Shown here: positions 32,474-41,685 of the stretch, piece after piece
Position numbering within the stretch: position 1 is the stretch's first letter
How the letters are laid out: each line of letters opens with the position of its first letter
Origin: Cyanobacteria bacterium P01_A01_bin.123
GTDB lineage: Bacteria; Cyanobacteriota; Cyanobacteriia; Phormidesmidales; Phormidesmidaceae
Assembly: GCA_039815185.1 (NCBI GenBank)
Contig: JBCBZT010000028.1
Location: forward strand, 1-64,000
Length of the DNA stretch: 64,000 nucleotides
Direction of reading: 5' to 3'
Program-made: the position numbers and the translations under genes
The notes under the pieces: generated by a model
Databases searched by the model: none
What the model saw: only the letters and a program-made list of their open reading frames with translations
What the model was told of the DNA's origin: nothing

Positions 32474-33631
32474 TTAACCAATCCCCTCTACCACCGGATG
32501 GAAGTAAAAGGCTAACCCCAACACCGCATAAGCTGCCATCAGCAGCGTTCCTTCTAACCAGTTGGAGCGACCATCTCCGCTAATCGAATTAGCAATTAAC
32601 ACCGCTACGGCTACCGCAACCAGTTCAAATGGATTGAAATCTAGATCCATCGGTTGCCCCATGAACCACCCTACCAGCACTAGGACTGGGGCCACAAACA
32701 TAGCAATTTGCAAGCTGGAGCCAACGGCCACCGACAGAGACAAATCCATTTTGTTTTTCATCGCGACGGTGACTGCTGTAGCGTGTTCTGCAGCGTTACC
32801 AATGATCGGCAGCAAAATCACCCCAGTGAATAGTCTGGTCAGTCCCAACTGTTCTGTCGCCACCTCTAGGGCATCCACTAGCAGCTCAGACTCCACGGCC
32901 ACAGCCAGGGTTGCCCCAATCAAAACGACAATCCAGAGCGTTAGGTTGGGTTTGTGCTCTTCAGGGTGGAGGTCTTCTGGGGCTAACTTCATCTTCTCTG
33001 GAGGCATTTCTGAGGGAACCTCTGGGGTCGCTTCACCCACTTCCACATTGGCGACACCCGCATCGTAAAGGTAAGCGTGGGTTTTCATGGAAAACAAGAG
33101 GGTTAAACCGTAGACCAGCATCAACACAATGGCTACCGCAATGGAGAGCTTTTGCTGAATCGGTTCGCTAATACCATCTGAGGTAATGTTCACTGCGGTG
33201 GGCAGCAAAATGGCGATGACAGCTAGGTTCATTGCTGAGGCGTTGACTCGGGCGACAACCGGTTGGAAAGTTTGCTCTTTGTAGCGTAGCCCACCCAATA
33301 GCATGGACAGTCCCATGACTAACAGCAAATTACCAATGATGGATCCGGTAATGCTGGCCTTGACCACATTGACTAGCCCCTCGTTGAGGGCAATGACAGC
33401 GATGATCAATTCAGTTGCGTTGCCAAAGGTGGCATTCAGCAAGCCCCCCCAAGAGGGGCCCAGCACAACAGCAATTTCTTCGGTAGCGGTGCCCATCCAA
33501 CCCGCAAGGGGAAGAATGGCCAGGGCAGCGGTGATAAATACGGTGAGTTCGCCCCAGCCTAAAAAATGGGCGGCAACGGAAATTGGCAAAAAGACGAGTA
33601 GGCCAATAAAGATAATATTTTTGACGCTCAT
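32474..33631 (-). CDS. cax: Calcium/proton exchanger
   Basis: LLNATFGNATELI, GSIIGNLLLV, IIGNAAEH, GSSLQIA. Confidence 0.93.
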   Translation of the reverse strand: MSVKNIIFIGLLVFLPISVAAHFLGWGELTVFITAALAILPLAGWMGTATEEIAVVLGPSWGGLLNATFGNATELIIAVIALNEGLVNVVKASITGSIIGNLLLVMGLSMLLGGLRYKEQTFQPVVARVNASAMNLAVIAILLPTAVNITSDGISEPIQQKLSIAVAIVLMLVYGLTLLFSMKTHAYLYDAGVANVEVGEATPEVPSEMPPEKMKLAPEDLHPEEHKPNLTLWIVVLIGATLAVAVESELLVDALEVATEQLGLTRLFTGVILLPIIGNAAEHATAVTVAMKNKMDLSLSVAVGSSLQIAMFVAPVLVLVGWFMGQPMDLDFNPFELVAVAVAVLIANSISGDGRSNWLEGTLLMAAYAVLGLAFYFHPVVEGIG

Positions 33632-33735
33632 GCAGATGTTGCTTCTAGGAGGTTGCAGGATGTGGATGGCGAGTCATCCATCATTTTTGGGGTAGATGGC
33701 CGGGATGGCAAGTCGCGCTACTGTAGAGACTTTGT

Positions 33736-33795
33736 GCAGCTGTGAATCATGTAGATATGAGTCACGCAGTTGTGAGTCACGTAGATATGAGTCAC
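33736..33795. repeat. Four 15-bp tandem units in a divergent promoter region
   Basis: GCAGCTGTGAATCAT GTAGATATGAGTCAC GCAGTTGTGAGTCAC GTAGATATGAGTCAC. Confidence 0.85.
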
Positions 33796-33884
33796 AGTGC
33801 TTTGCATGTCGTCTGGCCCAGTAATAGGCGGGCATGCAGCAATGTGGTCAACATTGTAGTCCAATCGGTTTTGTGGGTGATGAC

Positions 33885-34922
33885 ATGAAAGTCCCGGTGA
33901 AAGGCATTTTGAAGTGGTTAGGGGCGGCGGTGGCCGTACCTTCAGTTGTGGTTGTGGTCTTTTTTTTGTGGGCTAGTGCCAGTGGTTACCCAACAGAGCG
34001 CTATGACGAGATTTTGTCGTTTGATAGCGACGCCAGTTCAACCGCGGCAGCGGCAGACAGTCAAGATACCTTTACGGTGGTGTCTTACAACATTGGCTAC
34101 CTTTCAGGGTTGACCAATAACGAGGCAGTTGAGCGCAGTCAGGATTTGTTTGACACCAATCAACAGGGCGCGATCGCGGCCCTCGCTGACCTCAATGCTG
34201 ACTTCATTGGCTTTCAAGAAATTGACTTTGATTCCCGGCGGTCGTTTCAGGTCAACCAGCTTGAGGAAATCGCCAAAGCTTTAAATTTTGGTCAGGGTGC
34301 GATCGCGGTCAACTGGGATAAAAATTATGTGCCCTTCCCCTACTGGCCGCCCTCAGCCCATTTTGGCCGCATCCTGTCAGGTCAAGCGGTTGTCAGCCGC
34401 TTTCCGATCACCAGCAATGAGCGTATCGTGCTAGAAAAAGTCCCCGACAATCCCTTTTTCTACAACGCCCTCTATCTCGATCGAGTAGCCCAGGTGAGCC
34501 AGATTGATGTGGACGGCAAAACTATTGTGTTGATCAACGTCCATCTCGAAGCCTTTGATAGCCCGACTCGCCAACGCCAAACAGCACGGGTGCTAGAACT
34601 GGCCGAGTCCTATGCGACTGACTACCCGGTGCTGCTGATTGGAGATTTTAACAGTGCCCTGAATCGAGAGGCCGAAGGCAGCGATCGCTCCATTCAAACC
34701 CTATTAGACTCAACGGTGTTGCAATCTGCTGTTTCTCCAGAAGCCCTAGAAGCATCTGAGCAAGCTACCTTCCCATCGAATCAACCGGAATTTAAGCTGG
34801 ATTACCTCTTCTACAACCCAGATAAAATTGAGCTACTCGAAGTCAGCGTGGTCGAGGCTGCAGCGCAAGCCTCAGATCATTTGCCGATCGCGATGACTTT
34901 TAGAGTCAGAGATCTGAACTGA
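33885..34922 (+). CDS. Endonuclease/exonuclease/phosphatase family membrane-anchored protein
   Basis: VSYNIGY, FQEID, NVHLE, GDFNS, LDYLF, SDHLP. Confidence 0.92.
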   Translation: MKVPVKGILKWLGAAVAVPSVVVVVFFLWASASGYPTERYDEILSFDSDASSTAAAADSQDTFTVVSYNIGYLSGLTNNEAVERSQDLFDTNQQGAIAALADLNADFIGFQEIDFDSRRSFQVNQLEEIAKALNFGQGAIAVNWDKNYVPFPYWPPSAHFGRILSGQAVVSRFPITSNERIVLEKVPDNPFFYNALYLDRVAQVSQIDVDGKTIVLINVHLEAFDSPTRQRQTARVLELAESYATDYPVLLIGDFNSALNREAEGSDRSIQTLLDSTVLQSAVSPEALEASEQATFPSNQPEFKLDYLFYNPDKIELLEVSVVEAAAQASDHLPIAMTFRVRDLN

Positions 34923-34976
34923 AGCGTTATCAATAACCCGTTGCTTTTCAGGTATTTCTCTCACGCTTGACATCAG

Positions 34977-35045
34977 TTAAAAAGGCATCGTTGTGATACG
35001 ATTCACAACATCTTCGGGCAAGTTATGGATGGTTAGAGTTGCCAT
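34977..35045 (-). pseudogene. N-terminal stub of a FitA/Arc-like ribbon-helix-helix antitoxin
   Basis: MATLTIHNLPEDVVNRITTMPF*. Confidence 0.6.
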
Positions 35046-35100
35046 GGGAAGTTCAGTGAATTGCTGGCATTATGCTAGCAAGATCACGGCGATGCGATCG

Positions 35101-35252
35101 CATCCCTACTTATCTTAGCGAGATTTAGACCCCAGGGTTTTTCAAAAACCCTGGGGTCTGCTACCTTTCAGCTATCTAACTTGTAGCTTCTAAGGCCGAT
35201 AACCGCCCCTCGATTGGCTCATGTTCGTCTTCCAGGAGCTAGGTTTGGGCTT
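35101..35252 (-). repeat. Repeat R copy 1: gene-end-like sequence plus GTAG-type palindrome
   Basis: AGACCCCAGGGTTTTT-C-AAAAACCCTGGGGTCT at 35127-35159; flanks match about 38121-38272. Confidence 0.9.
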
Positions 35253-35270
35253 TGTGCAAGTTAACCCACT

Positions 35271-35396
35271 TCAAGATGCTTCAAATGGACTGATGATGCT
35301 CACTTCATCAATGTTTGAATAGCCGAAATCTTCTGTGTAGAGCGTTTGAACATCTGCTTCTAAACAAGCTGCAATTATCATGTCAACGGCGTTCAT
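35271..35396 (-). pseudogene. PIN/VapC toxin with a large in-frame internal deletion
   Basis: MNAVD fused directly to MIIAACLEADVQTLYTEDFGYSNIDEVSIISPFEAS*; overlaps the antitoxin stop. Confidence 0.75.
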
Positions 35397-35625
35397 GTAG
35401 GTCTTCCCGTGTCAAGTGGGGAGCGTCTGCGGGGATTGGGTTTTGTTGCATTCGCTCGACAAGGGCGTGCAAAAATTCCTGTTTTGCTGCGGGATCTGAA
35501 ACAGGGGGCGACAGAATTTGAGGGGATTGCACTAGCAACTCAACTTCTGCGTCTTCGGGCAGTGCACAGGCGGTTTGGAGGATGAATGTGCCGTTGCGGT
35601 AAATGGCTTTCAGGGGTTGAACCAT
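35383..35625 (-). CDS. Antitoxin family protein (DUF104/AF2212-like)
   Basis: LKAIYRNGTF..LPEDAEVEL; C-terminal LTREDLHERR. Confidence 0.8.
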   Translation of the reverse strand: MVQPLKAIYRNGTFILQTACALPEDAEVELLVQSPQILSPPVSDPAAKQEFLHALVERMQQNPIPADAPHLTREDLHERR

Positions 35626-35842
35626 GGGAGAACCGCTGCCTTTTACTGGGGTATATGTCAAGGATAGCAACCCACTTGCAGCTGCCAGAGCCATCACTGC
35701 GCTGGGTGACGCATGTTGCTGACATCTGGCTATTGTTTTTTTGAGTAATGATGCAGAGGAAGCGATCGCTCCACAAGATCTATCTAACCGCAGCAGCGTT
35801 CAACACACTGTAGCTCAGTGGACGGCAGAACTTGAATTAATA

Positions 35843-35871
35843 GTGCGTTTGCTTATAGCAACGCACCCTAC
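35843..35871 (-). repeat. GTAG-type REP-like hairpin
   Basis: Minus strand GTAGGGTGCGTTGCTATAAGCAAACGCAC. Confidence 0.55.
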
Positions 35872-35939
35872 CAGATCCGCGATCGCACTCAGCATCCTGG
35901 CTATACTCGGTGCATTAAGCAATCTGGCTCGCGCTATAC

Positions 35940-36116
35940 CTATTGGCGAGATTCCCTGTACTCTCTCAACAGGGTATTGATTTGAGTTTGATAGCCCTGC
36001 CCTTTGGATTGAAACCACGCTAGAACATCGCTATCGATTTGTAGCGTGACTTGCGCTTTGCCCGTAGTGGTGTGGCATCGCCTGATGACTGCGTTGGCAA
36101 ATTGTTCTGGGGTCAT
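35940..36116 (-). pseudogene. BrnA-family antitoxin, probably N-terminally truncated, no BrnT gene
   Basis: KAQVTLQIDSDVLAWFQSKGQGYQTQINTLLREY. Confidence 0.8.
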
Positions 36117-36130
36117 ACAGACCCGATCAT

Positions 36131-36255
36131 CGTTCAGTCGATGAGGTTTTGGCTTCGATGGATCGGTTGCGGTGGACACCACCTGCAGGAGCGCCCTCAA
36201 CCACAGAGCTTTTGCGCGAGGATCGGGAGCGTTAATGGCTGTCTACTTGGAGCTA
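36131..36255 (+). pseudogene. Antitoxin C-terminal fragment coupled (TAATG) to the first codons of a PIN-like toxin
   Basis: RSVDEVLASMDRLRWTPPAGAPSTTELLREDRER* followed by MAVYLE. Confidence 0.55.
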
Positions 36256-36284
36256 AGCCTGAGTGACGCTCACATCAGCGATCG

Positions 36285-36490
36285 CACCTCTACTCATCCT
36301 GACGAGACTGAGACCCCAGGGTTTTTGAAAAACCCTGGGGTCTGCTACCTTTCAGCTATCTAATACCAAATCCGACCCATATAACCCTGAAACAGAATAG
36401 GGCTTTGACACGCTCAGCCCGAACGCACCAGATTCAAATCGGGGGTCGTCAAATAGGATTTGGTATAACTTGTTGCTTCTAAAGGTCGAG
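36285..36490 (-). repeat. Repeat R copy 2, interrupted by a MITE
   Basis: Palindrome at 36311-36343; the flank CTATCTAA resumes as CTTGTTGCTTCTAA after the insert. Confidence 0.85.
36364..36465. mobile_element. 102-bp MITE with 10-bp perfect TIRs and TAA target duplication
   Basis: TACCAAATCC...GGATTTGGTA flanked by TAA; the empty site is visible in R copies 1 and 3. Confidence 0.85.
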
Positions 36491-36705
36491 TGCGGTGGAT
36501 GATGTGGTGTTGGTTTGTTGCATCAATTTTCATCTCTCCATACAACAATGATGTTCTTGAACCGTCACTTGGGATAGCTGAAGGCTTGTATTCACCGACT
36601 TGGAGAAATGGCAAATTTGAGATGATGGTTGATGAGAGTCGATACGATGACTGATAGTTCGTTTGCTTACAGCAAAGCACCCTACGGGAAATGAAATATC
36701 TGTGG

Positions 36706-37656
36706 TTAGCTAAAGCTAAATCCAGTAAGCCTATGCAAACAGAGCCAGAATAACGCTACATTCGGCATGTCTCCATAAGCAAAGCTGTATTTGCCCTTGC
36801 CAGACCACCACTGAGTATCTTTATGCTTGAAGTAAAACTGGCCTGACTTTAACTGTACGTCTTTCATATCTTCAACAGTCACCCTTTGTGTTTCCCCCTG
36901 TCGAGTCACAAACTCTAAAAAACCTTGCCCCACTCTCACCATCTGTGGATTTCCAGACATCGGAAACTCTATGTAGCCCAGTCGTTCTAGATCTTGATTA
37001 GCAATTTGCAGCAAATGATCTGTCCAAGCGGTTTCTGCAGCGTTGCCCAAATACCAAAGATTGCCAAGATCCTTTGGTTGATCGTTTTCGTTGTAATACA
37101 CGCCAGCGATTGTATGCACAATCTTGTCTGAACGTAGCCATCGATATTCATAGCGAGTATGGGCATAAGCGCCGTTGACATACTCCCGCGTTCTTGAAGT
37201 ATAGAGGTGGGAAATATCTTGAAAGAGGATTGTTTTGACAGTTGGTTCTTTACGCTTTGGCCTCTTGATGGTGGCTTCTGCTATGCCAGCTTCTCCGACA
37301 AAAGAGCAGGTTATACTGAATCCTATCGCCAAGTCAGTGAGTGCGATTGAAATGCCACAGATAAGCACTAACCCAATCCATTCACCCATTGTCGGCAGTG
37401 ACTCATCAGACAGCAACCAACGCAAAATAAACCAACACGTAACTCCCAGACTCAGGCCAATAAAAATAACCGCAGCCAGTCGTGGGGGCGCAGTCCTTGG
37501 GTTTTTGGCAGTGGTTAACGTGCTGTCAGCGGTAATCAGGCGTCCAATTTCTGGTGGCGGTGTTTCAAAAAAAATCAAATCCTCTGCAATTGCTGATCCA
37601 GAGTGGCGGGTGACGCCTTCAGGTGGATGCCAAATACTGTCTGAGGGCAGATTCAT
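36706..37656 (-). CDS. Hypothetical membrane protein (two TM helices, PH-like beta-rich domains)
   Basis: 316-aa ORF starting just after the duplicated dnaE-c stop codon. Confidence 0.75.
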   Translation of the reverse strand: MNLPSDSIWHPPEGVTRHSGSAIAEDLIFFETPPPEIGRLITADSTLTTAKNPRTAPPRLAAVIFIGLSLGVTCWFILRWLLSDESLPTMGEWIGLVLICGISIALTDLAIGFSITCSFVGEAGIAEATIKRPKRKEPTVKTILFQDISHLYTSRTREYVNGAYAHTRYEYRWLRSDKIVHTIAGVYYNENDQPKDLGNLWYLGNAAETAWTDHLLQIANQDLERLGYIEFPMSGNPQMVRVGQGFLEFVTRQGETQRVTVEDMKDVQLKSGQFYFKHKDTQWWSGKGKYSFAYGDMPNVALFWLCLHRLTGFSFS

Positions 37657-37706
37657 AAATCAAAACTTTAAAGCCTCTGCGAGCATTTTAGCTTCTCCTT
37701 CAAATC

Positions 37707-37817
37707 CTAAGCACTAATCAAAGGCTCCGATCGCGCCTTGAAATCCGCCCGCATCAACGCTGACACCGCCGCCTCCGGATCCGCAACTCTAAACTGCGAT
37801 CCTAACCGAATAATTTG
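37707..37817 (-). pseudogene. Duplicate of the last 36 codons and stop of dnaE-c
   Basis: Aligns without gaps to 40273-40383 with 14 mismatches in 111 bp by my count. Confidence 0.92.
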
Positions 37818-37909
37818 AATGGAAGGATGCGATCGCTGCATAAGGTTGACCCAGCAACGGCGGAAGAAGCTTAAGACAACGTATTTCAGCGATTTAGAGA
37901 CGTAAGGGT

Positions 37910-38065
37910 TTATCGTTTGTGCAAATCTTCCCGTGTGAAGTGGGGAGCGTTTACGGGGATGGGATTTTGCTGCATTCGCTCCAAAAGGGCGTGCAGAAAT
38001 TTCTGCTTGGCTGCGGGATTGGAGATAGGGGGAGACAGAACTTTAAGGGATTTCATCAGTAGATC
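37910..38065 (-). pseudogene. 3' fragment of a second DUF104-like antitoxin
   Basis: VLSPPISNPAAKQKFLHALLERMQQNPIPVNAPHFTREDLHKR*, homologous to 35383-35625. Confidence 0.85.
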
Positions 38066-38120
38066 ACTTCTAGCTAAGCCATTGCCTCCGGAGCTTGCCG
38101 CCCTGCTTTTCTCGCTCCCA

Positions 38121-38272
38121 CACCCTTGCTTATCTTGACGAGACTTAGACCCCAGGGTTTTTGAAAAACCCTGGGGTCTGCTACCTTTCAGCTATGTAAC
38201 TTGCAGCTTCTAAGGCCGACAACCGCCCCTCGATTGGCTCATATTCGTCTTCAAGGAGTCAGATTTGGACTT
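38121..38272 (-). repeat. Repeat R copy 3
   Basis: Palindrome at 38147-38179; minus strand reads LLEDEYEPIEGRLSALEAASYIAER*, with the stop inside GTAG. Confidence 0.9.
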
Positions 38273-38450
38273 CATGGTAGGTGGAGTTGGTGAAGACGAT
38301 AGAACAATGGGTTCTTGAATCGCCGTTTGGGTTGATTCTTTATCCCAATCTAATTGATGTTGCAAAAAACAGACTATCGCGCTCACACCCTCGAATGAAT
38401 CCCACAAATTCTCCTCTGTTAAAATTTTCAAAACTCTCTCCTAGCCAAAG

Positions 38451-39131
38451 TTAAACTTTACTCTTGATTTCCCAAGGGAGAAGCAATAAGATTTGGAAGA
38501 ATATAGCAATCAAAGCCATGACTATAACTCTGTAAGGCCAAGGCCCTAGAAAGGTTATTATGGTTTGGATTTCAGGATTTTGATTACCTATGTATCCATA
38601 GTTCCATCCAAAAGTAATATTGACCGGAAGAATTACTAAAATATAGAGAAGTCCGTACTTGATAGAAATCTTCAATCCATCCAACGATGGACAATATTTT
38701 TTAATATATAAGTCATAAGTTGTACAAGTAAATATCAAAGTATGAATCCCCCAGAATAGCCAGTAATGTGCATGGGAAGGATCTTGATCTCCTATTGGAT
38801 AGAGAAATGCTTGCGTGGAAAAACTGAGGCCCCAAAAATACAATAAAGCTCTATAAGTTTCGGTTGAGAAGATAAGAGCCATGCCAGAAACAAATCCTAA
38901 TAAATCACATATATGTAAAGGTAGACTCACTGACCAATCAAAGTTTTCTAAGTTGAAATAGTGTAAGTTGTAGGTTGTCCAAAACAGTAATGTAAATGCC
39001 CCTAAAAAAATATTATATTGAGACTTCCCTTGCCTAATCACTTCAAATTTCTTGCCAAGATACAAATTTAGAGCCACGAAAATAGCTACTAAAATTAGAG
39101 TTTTCGTGTGTAATGATGTTGATATTTCCAC
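38451..39131 (-). CDS. YwaF / TIGR02206 family membrane protein, AT-rich
   Basis: LPLHICD, FWGIH, NYGYI, LGPWPY. Confidence 0.8.
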   Translation of the reverse strand: MEISTSLHTKTLILVAIFVALNLYLGKKFEVIRQGKSQYNIFLGAFTLLFWTTYNLHYFNLENFDWSVSLPLHICDLLGFVSGMALIFSTETYRALLYFWGLSFSTQAFLYPIGDQDPSHAHYWLFWGIHTLIFTCTTYDLYIKKYCPSLDGLKISIKYGLLYILVILPVNITFGWNYGYIGNQNPEIQTIITFLGPWPYRVIVMALIAIFFQILLLLPWEIKSKV

Positions 39132-39289
39132 AATTAAGTTTGAGCTTTAATAGTCTATTTGAACAAATCAAGCCATAGTAAACAGATATCTTACGGATTC
39201 TAAGTTGGTAAACTTAGATAAACTAAATCTCATTAGGATGCAAAAACTATTTTGATGTTTCAATGCGATCTACTTGTGAATAGAAGGCC

Positions 39290-40222
39290 ATGAGAAACAG
39301 AGCTTTGCCAACATACTTATGTTACCTAATTGCAATTTTAAGTTTGTTTTGCTCTTATTTCGCTTTCGGAATGGAACCTCCATGGATGCAGGACATAACA
39401 TGGACTAAGGATCGCACGATGTTATTCTTACTGGAATTCGGATGTTTGACAACAATAGTTCTTATCTTTACTATTTCAGATTTTCTGCCCTATGCAACTG
39501 TAGATCCTACGAGGAAATATCTTTACGAAAATTTTATCGGGAGATTCTTTAAGCTCAAATATATAAGTTCAAACGCATGTTTCATTGTTTTTTCGCTTTC
39601 GGCATTTCCTTATGCGATCTTCAAGATACTTTTAGGAGAGAATCCAGGCATCAGATTGTCATATTCTTTGTTTGTATTTTTCTTGTCACTTTTTTGGTTG
39701 AGTCTAGCTCGTGATTTGTTAAGTCGTCCTACTGTAAACCTATTGACGACTTTCAACTTGCTTAAATCTACTCCAGAGACCATTTTTTCTTATGGTCGGG
39801 GTCTTTTCCCCACTCTAAATATTTTGGCGGTTTCAGTTTCGCTATTAACTCTTCCAATGCTGTTCGTTTTGCCGACTTTACCTATTAGCCAATCCACGTT
39901 CCAATTTAATCAAAGAGCTGTTGTTGCGTTGCTGGGAATTTTACTTTGCTTGACTCTGCTTGTCGGATATCTTTTTATTCAAGTGATAGTATCTAATGCT
40001 GTAAATCAGAGTTTGTTACGTATGGATCAAGAAATCGAAATAAATCTTTACTCTTATTTCGGCTCTGAATCAAATCGAGGCAGTTTGGGGCATATAAAGG
40101 TATTAGTTGAGGCTCGTGAAGCTTTGGTAAAATCGATCAGTAATCCTTCCGGTTCTACAATAATTAGTGTGATTAATGTCTCATCAATTCTTGCAATATT
40201 ACTTGGCATTGTGTTGAAGTAA
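39290..40222 (+). CDS. Hypothetical polytopic membrane protein, AT-rich
   Basis: 310-aa hydrophobic ORF with visibly lower GC than the core genes. Confidence 0.65.
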   Translation: MRNRALPTYLCYLIAILSLFCSYFAFGMEPPWMQDITWTKDRTMLFLLEFGCLTTIVLIFTISDFLPYATVDPTRKYLYENFIGRFFKLKYISSNACFIVFSLSAFPYAIFKILLGENPGIRLSYSLFVFFLSLFWLSLARDLLSRPTVNLLTTFNLLKSTPETIFSYGRGLFPTLNILAVSVSLLTLPMLFVLPTLPISQSTFQFNQRAVVALLGILLCLTLLVGYLFIQVIVSNAVNQSLLRMDQEIEINLYSYFGSESNRGSLGHIKVLVEAREALVKSISNPSGSTIISVINVSSILAILLGIVLK

Positions 40223-40272
40223 GTACAAAACTAAATTATTAAGGCTCAAGGTGCTGTACTTCTCTTCAACCT

Positions 40273-41628
40273 CTAAGCACTAATCAAAGGCTCCGATCGC
40301 GCCTTAAAATCCGCCCGCATCAACGCTGACACCGCTACCTCCGGATCTAACACCCGAAACTGAGACCCCAATCGAATAATCTGCCGCTTCTGCTGATCGC
40401 GAATAATTGCCACCACGGGCACCTTTGCCAACTTCGGATCATCCCCTTGACTAGTACGCAACACATTCCGTAACCGATGCTGCTGCTCAATATCCGAAGC
40501 AATGCGAGGGTCCAGTTCCACCATTACCAGCTTTACATCTTCAATCGGCTCCGCATCTTCCACAATGAACTGCACCCGTTCATCCCGGCTATCCGCCTTG
40601 CCCCACACCATCAACCGGGCATCGGCTTCAATGTAGCGACCAATGCGTTCATAGGAACGGGGAAACACCACGCCTTCTGCTTGCCCCGTCAGGTCTTCGA
40701 GCTGCACAATCGCCATGCGATCGCCCTTCTTGGTTACCACAGGTTTGACGGATGCTAGCATCGCGATCGCGCTGATGGTGCCCTGCTCCGTATACTCGTG
40801 CAGTTCGCCTAAATTCACCGGAGCCAGTACCTTCGCCGAGCGCTGCACAGCCTTGAGCGGATGGTCTGAGATGTAAAAGCCCAGCAGTTCTTTTTCCAGC
40901 TTGAGCTTTTCTTGGGGGTCGAAGTCGGGTACCGGAAGCGCTTTGGGAGCAGACTCGTATCCCCCAACCGGGGCACTCCCGTTAGCGTCATCACCCCCGC
41001 CCCCCAGCATGTCAAACAGATTACCTTGCCCAATGGCGCGATCCTTCGCTCGCCCCTGGGCCCAGTCGAGCACCAGTTCGAGATCTTGCATTAGTTGGTT
41101 GCGGTTGTTCTCTAGGGTATCGAGGGCACCGCAGTGGATCAACGCTTCTAACGCACGGCGGTTGACGGCACGTAAATCAACGCGATCGCAAAGATCGGCT
41201 AACGACTTAAACGGCCCCTCCTCGTCACGGTCTGCCAAAATACACTCGATCGCCCCCTGACCCAAATTGCGGATCGCGGAAAGACCAAACACAATGCTCT
41301 GGTTCAGCGGCGTAAAGTCAATCCGCGACTGGTTAATGTTGGGCGGCATAACCTCAATGCCCATGCTGATGCAGTTGGCGATATGCATTTGTACCTTATC
41401 TTGATCACCGCTGTTTGCTGTCAACAGCGCCGCCATATACTCCACCGGGTAATTGGCCTTGAGGTACGCGGTTTGGTAAGTGACAAACCCGTAAGCCATC
41501 GAGTGGGATTTATTGAAACAGTTGGAGGCAACGATACCGTCAGCAAGCAAAAAGTTGTGATCTTTTGCCACCCCAATGTCATAAACTGGGCGAGTTCCGA
41601 TGGATTGGCGGCTAATAATTTTGACCAT
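40273..41628 (-). CDS. dnaE-c: DNA polymerase III alpha, C-terminal half with split intein C-part
   Basis: IntC followed by CFNKSHSMAYG, YLKANYP, EKELLGFYISDHPL, OB-fold. Confidence 0.97.
   Translation of the reverse strand: MVKIISRQSIGTRPVYDIGVAKDHNFLLADGIVASNCFNKSHSMAYGFVTYQTAYLKANYPVEYMAALLTANSGDQDKVQMHIANCISMGIEVMPPNINQSRIDFTPLNQSIVFGLSAIRNLGQGAIECILADRDEEGPFKSLADLCDRVDLRAVNRRALEALIHCGALDTLENNRNQLMQDLELVLDWAQGRAKDRAIGQGNLFDMLGGGGDDANGSAPVGGYESAPKALPVPDFDPQEKLKLEKELLGFYISDHPLKAVQRSAKVLAPVNLGELHEYTEQGTISAIAMLASVKPVVTKKGDRMAIVQLEDLTGQAEGVVFPRSYERIGRYIEADARLMVWGKADSRDERVQFIVEDAEPIEDVKLVMVELDPRIASDIEQQHRLRNVLRTSQGDDPKLAKVPVVAIIRDQQKRQIIRLGSQFRVLDPEVAVSALMRADFKARSEPLISA
41521..41628 (-). other. 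DnaE split intein C-fragment (36 aa)
   Basis: MVKIISRQSIGTRPVYDIGVAKDHNFLLADGIVASN|CFN. Confidence 0.96.
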
Positions 41629-41685
41629 AGTGATTGTCTCGATTGGTTTTTCTAAATAGATGAATAGGGGAAAGGCGTCTTTAAG

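Noticed and set aside
36117..36200. N-terminal extension of the BrnA ORF in the track
   Set aside because: It is mostly antisense to a different antitoxin fragment, so the listed 86-aa ORF looks chimeric.
35101..38272. Repeat R as a CRISPR array or integron attC sites
   Set aside because: Spacings exceed 1 kb, there are no cas or intI genes, and the hairpin lacks the paired RYYYAAC/GTTRRRY ends and extrahelical bases of attC.
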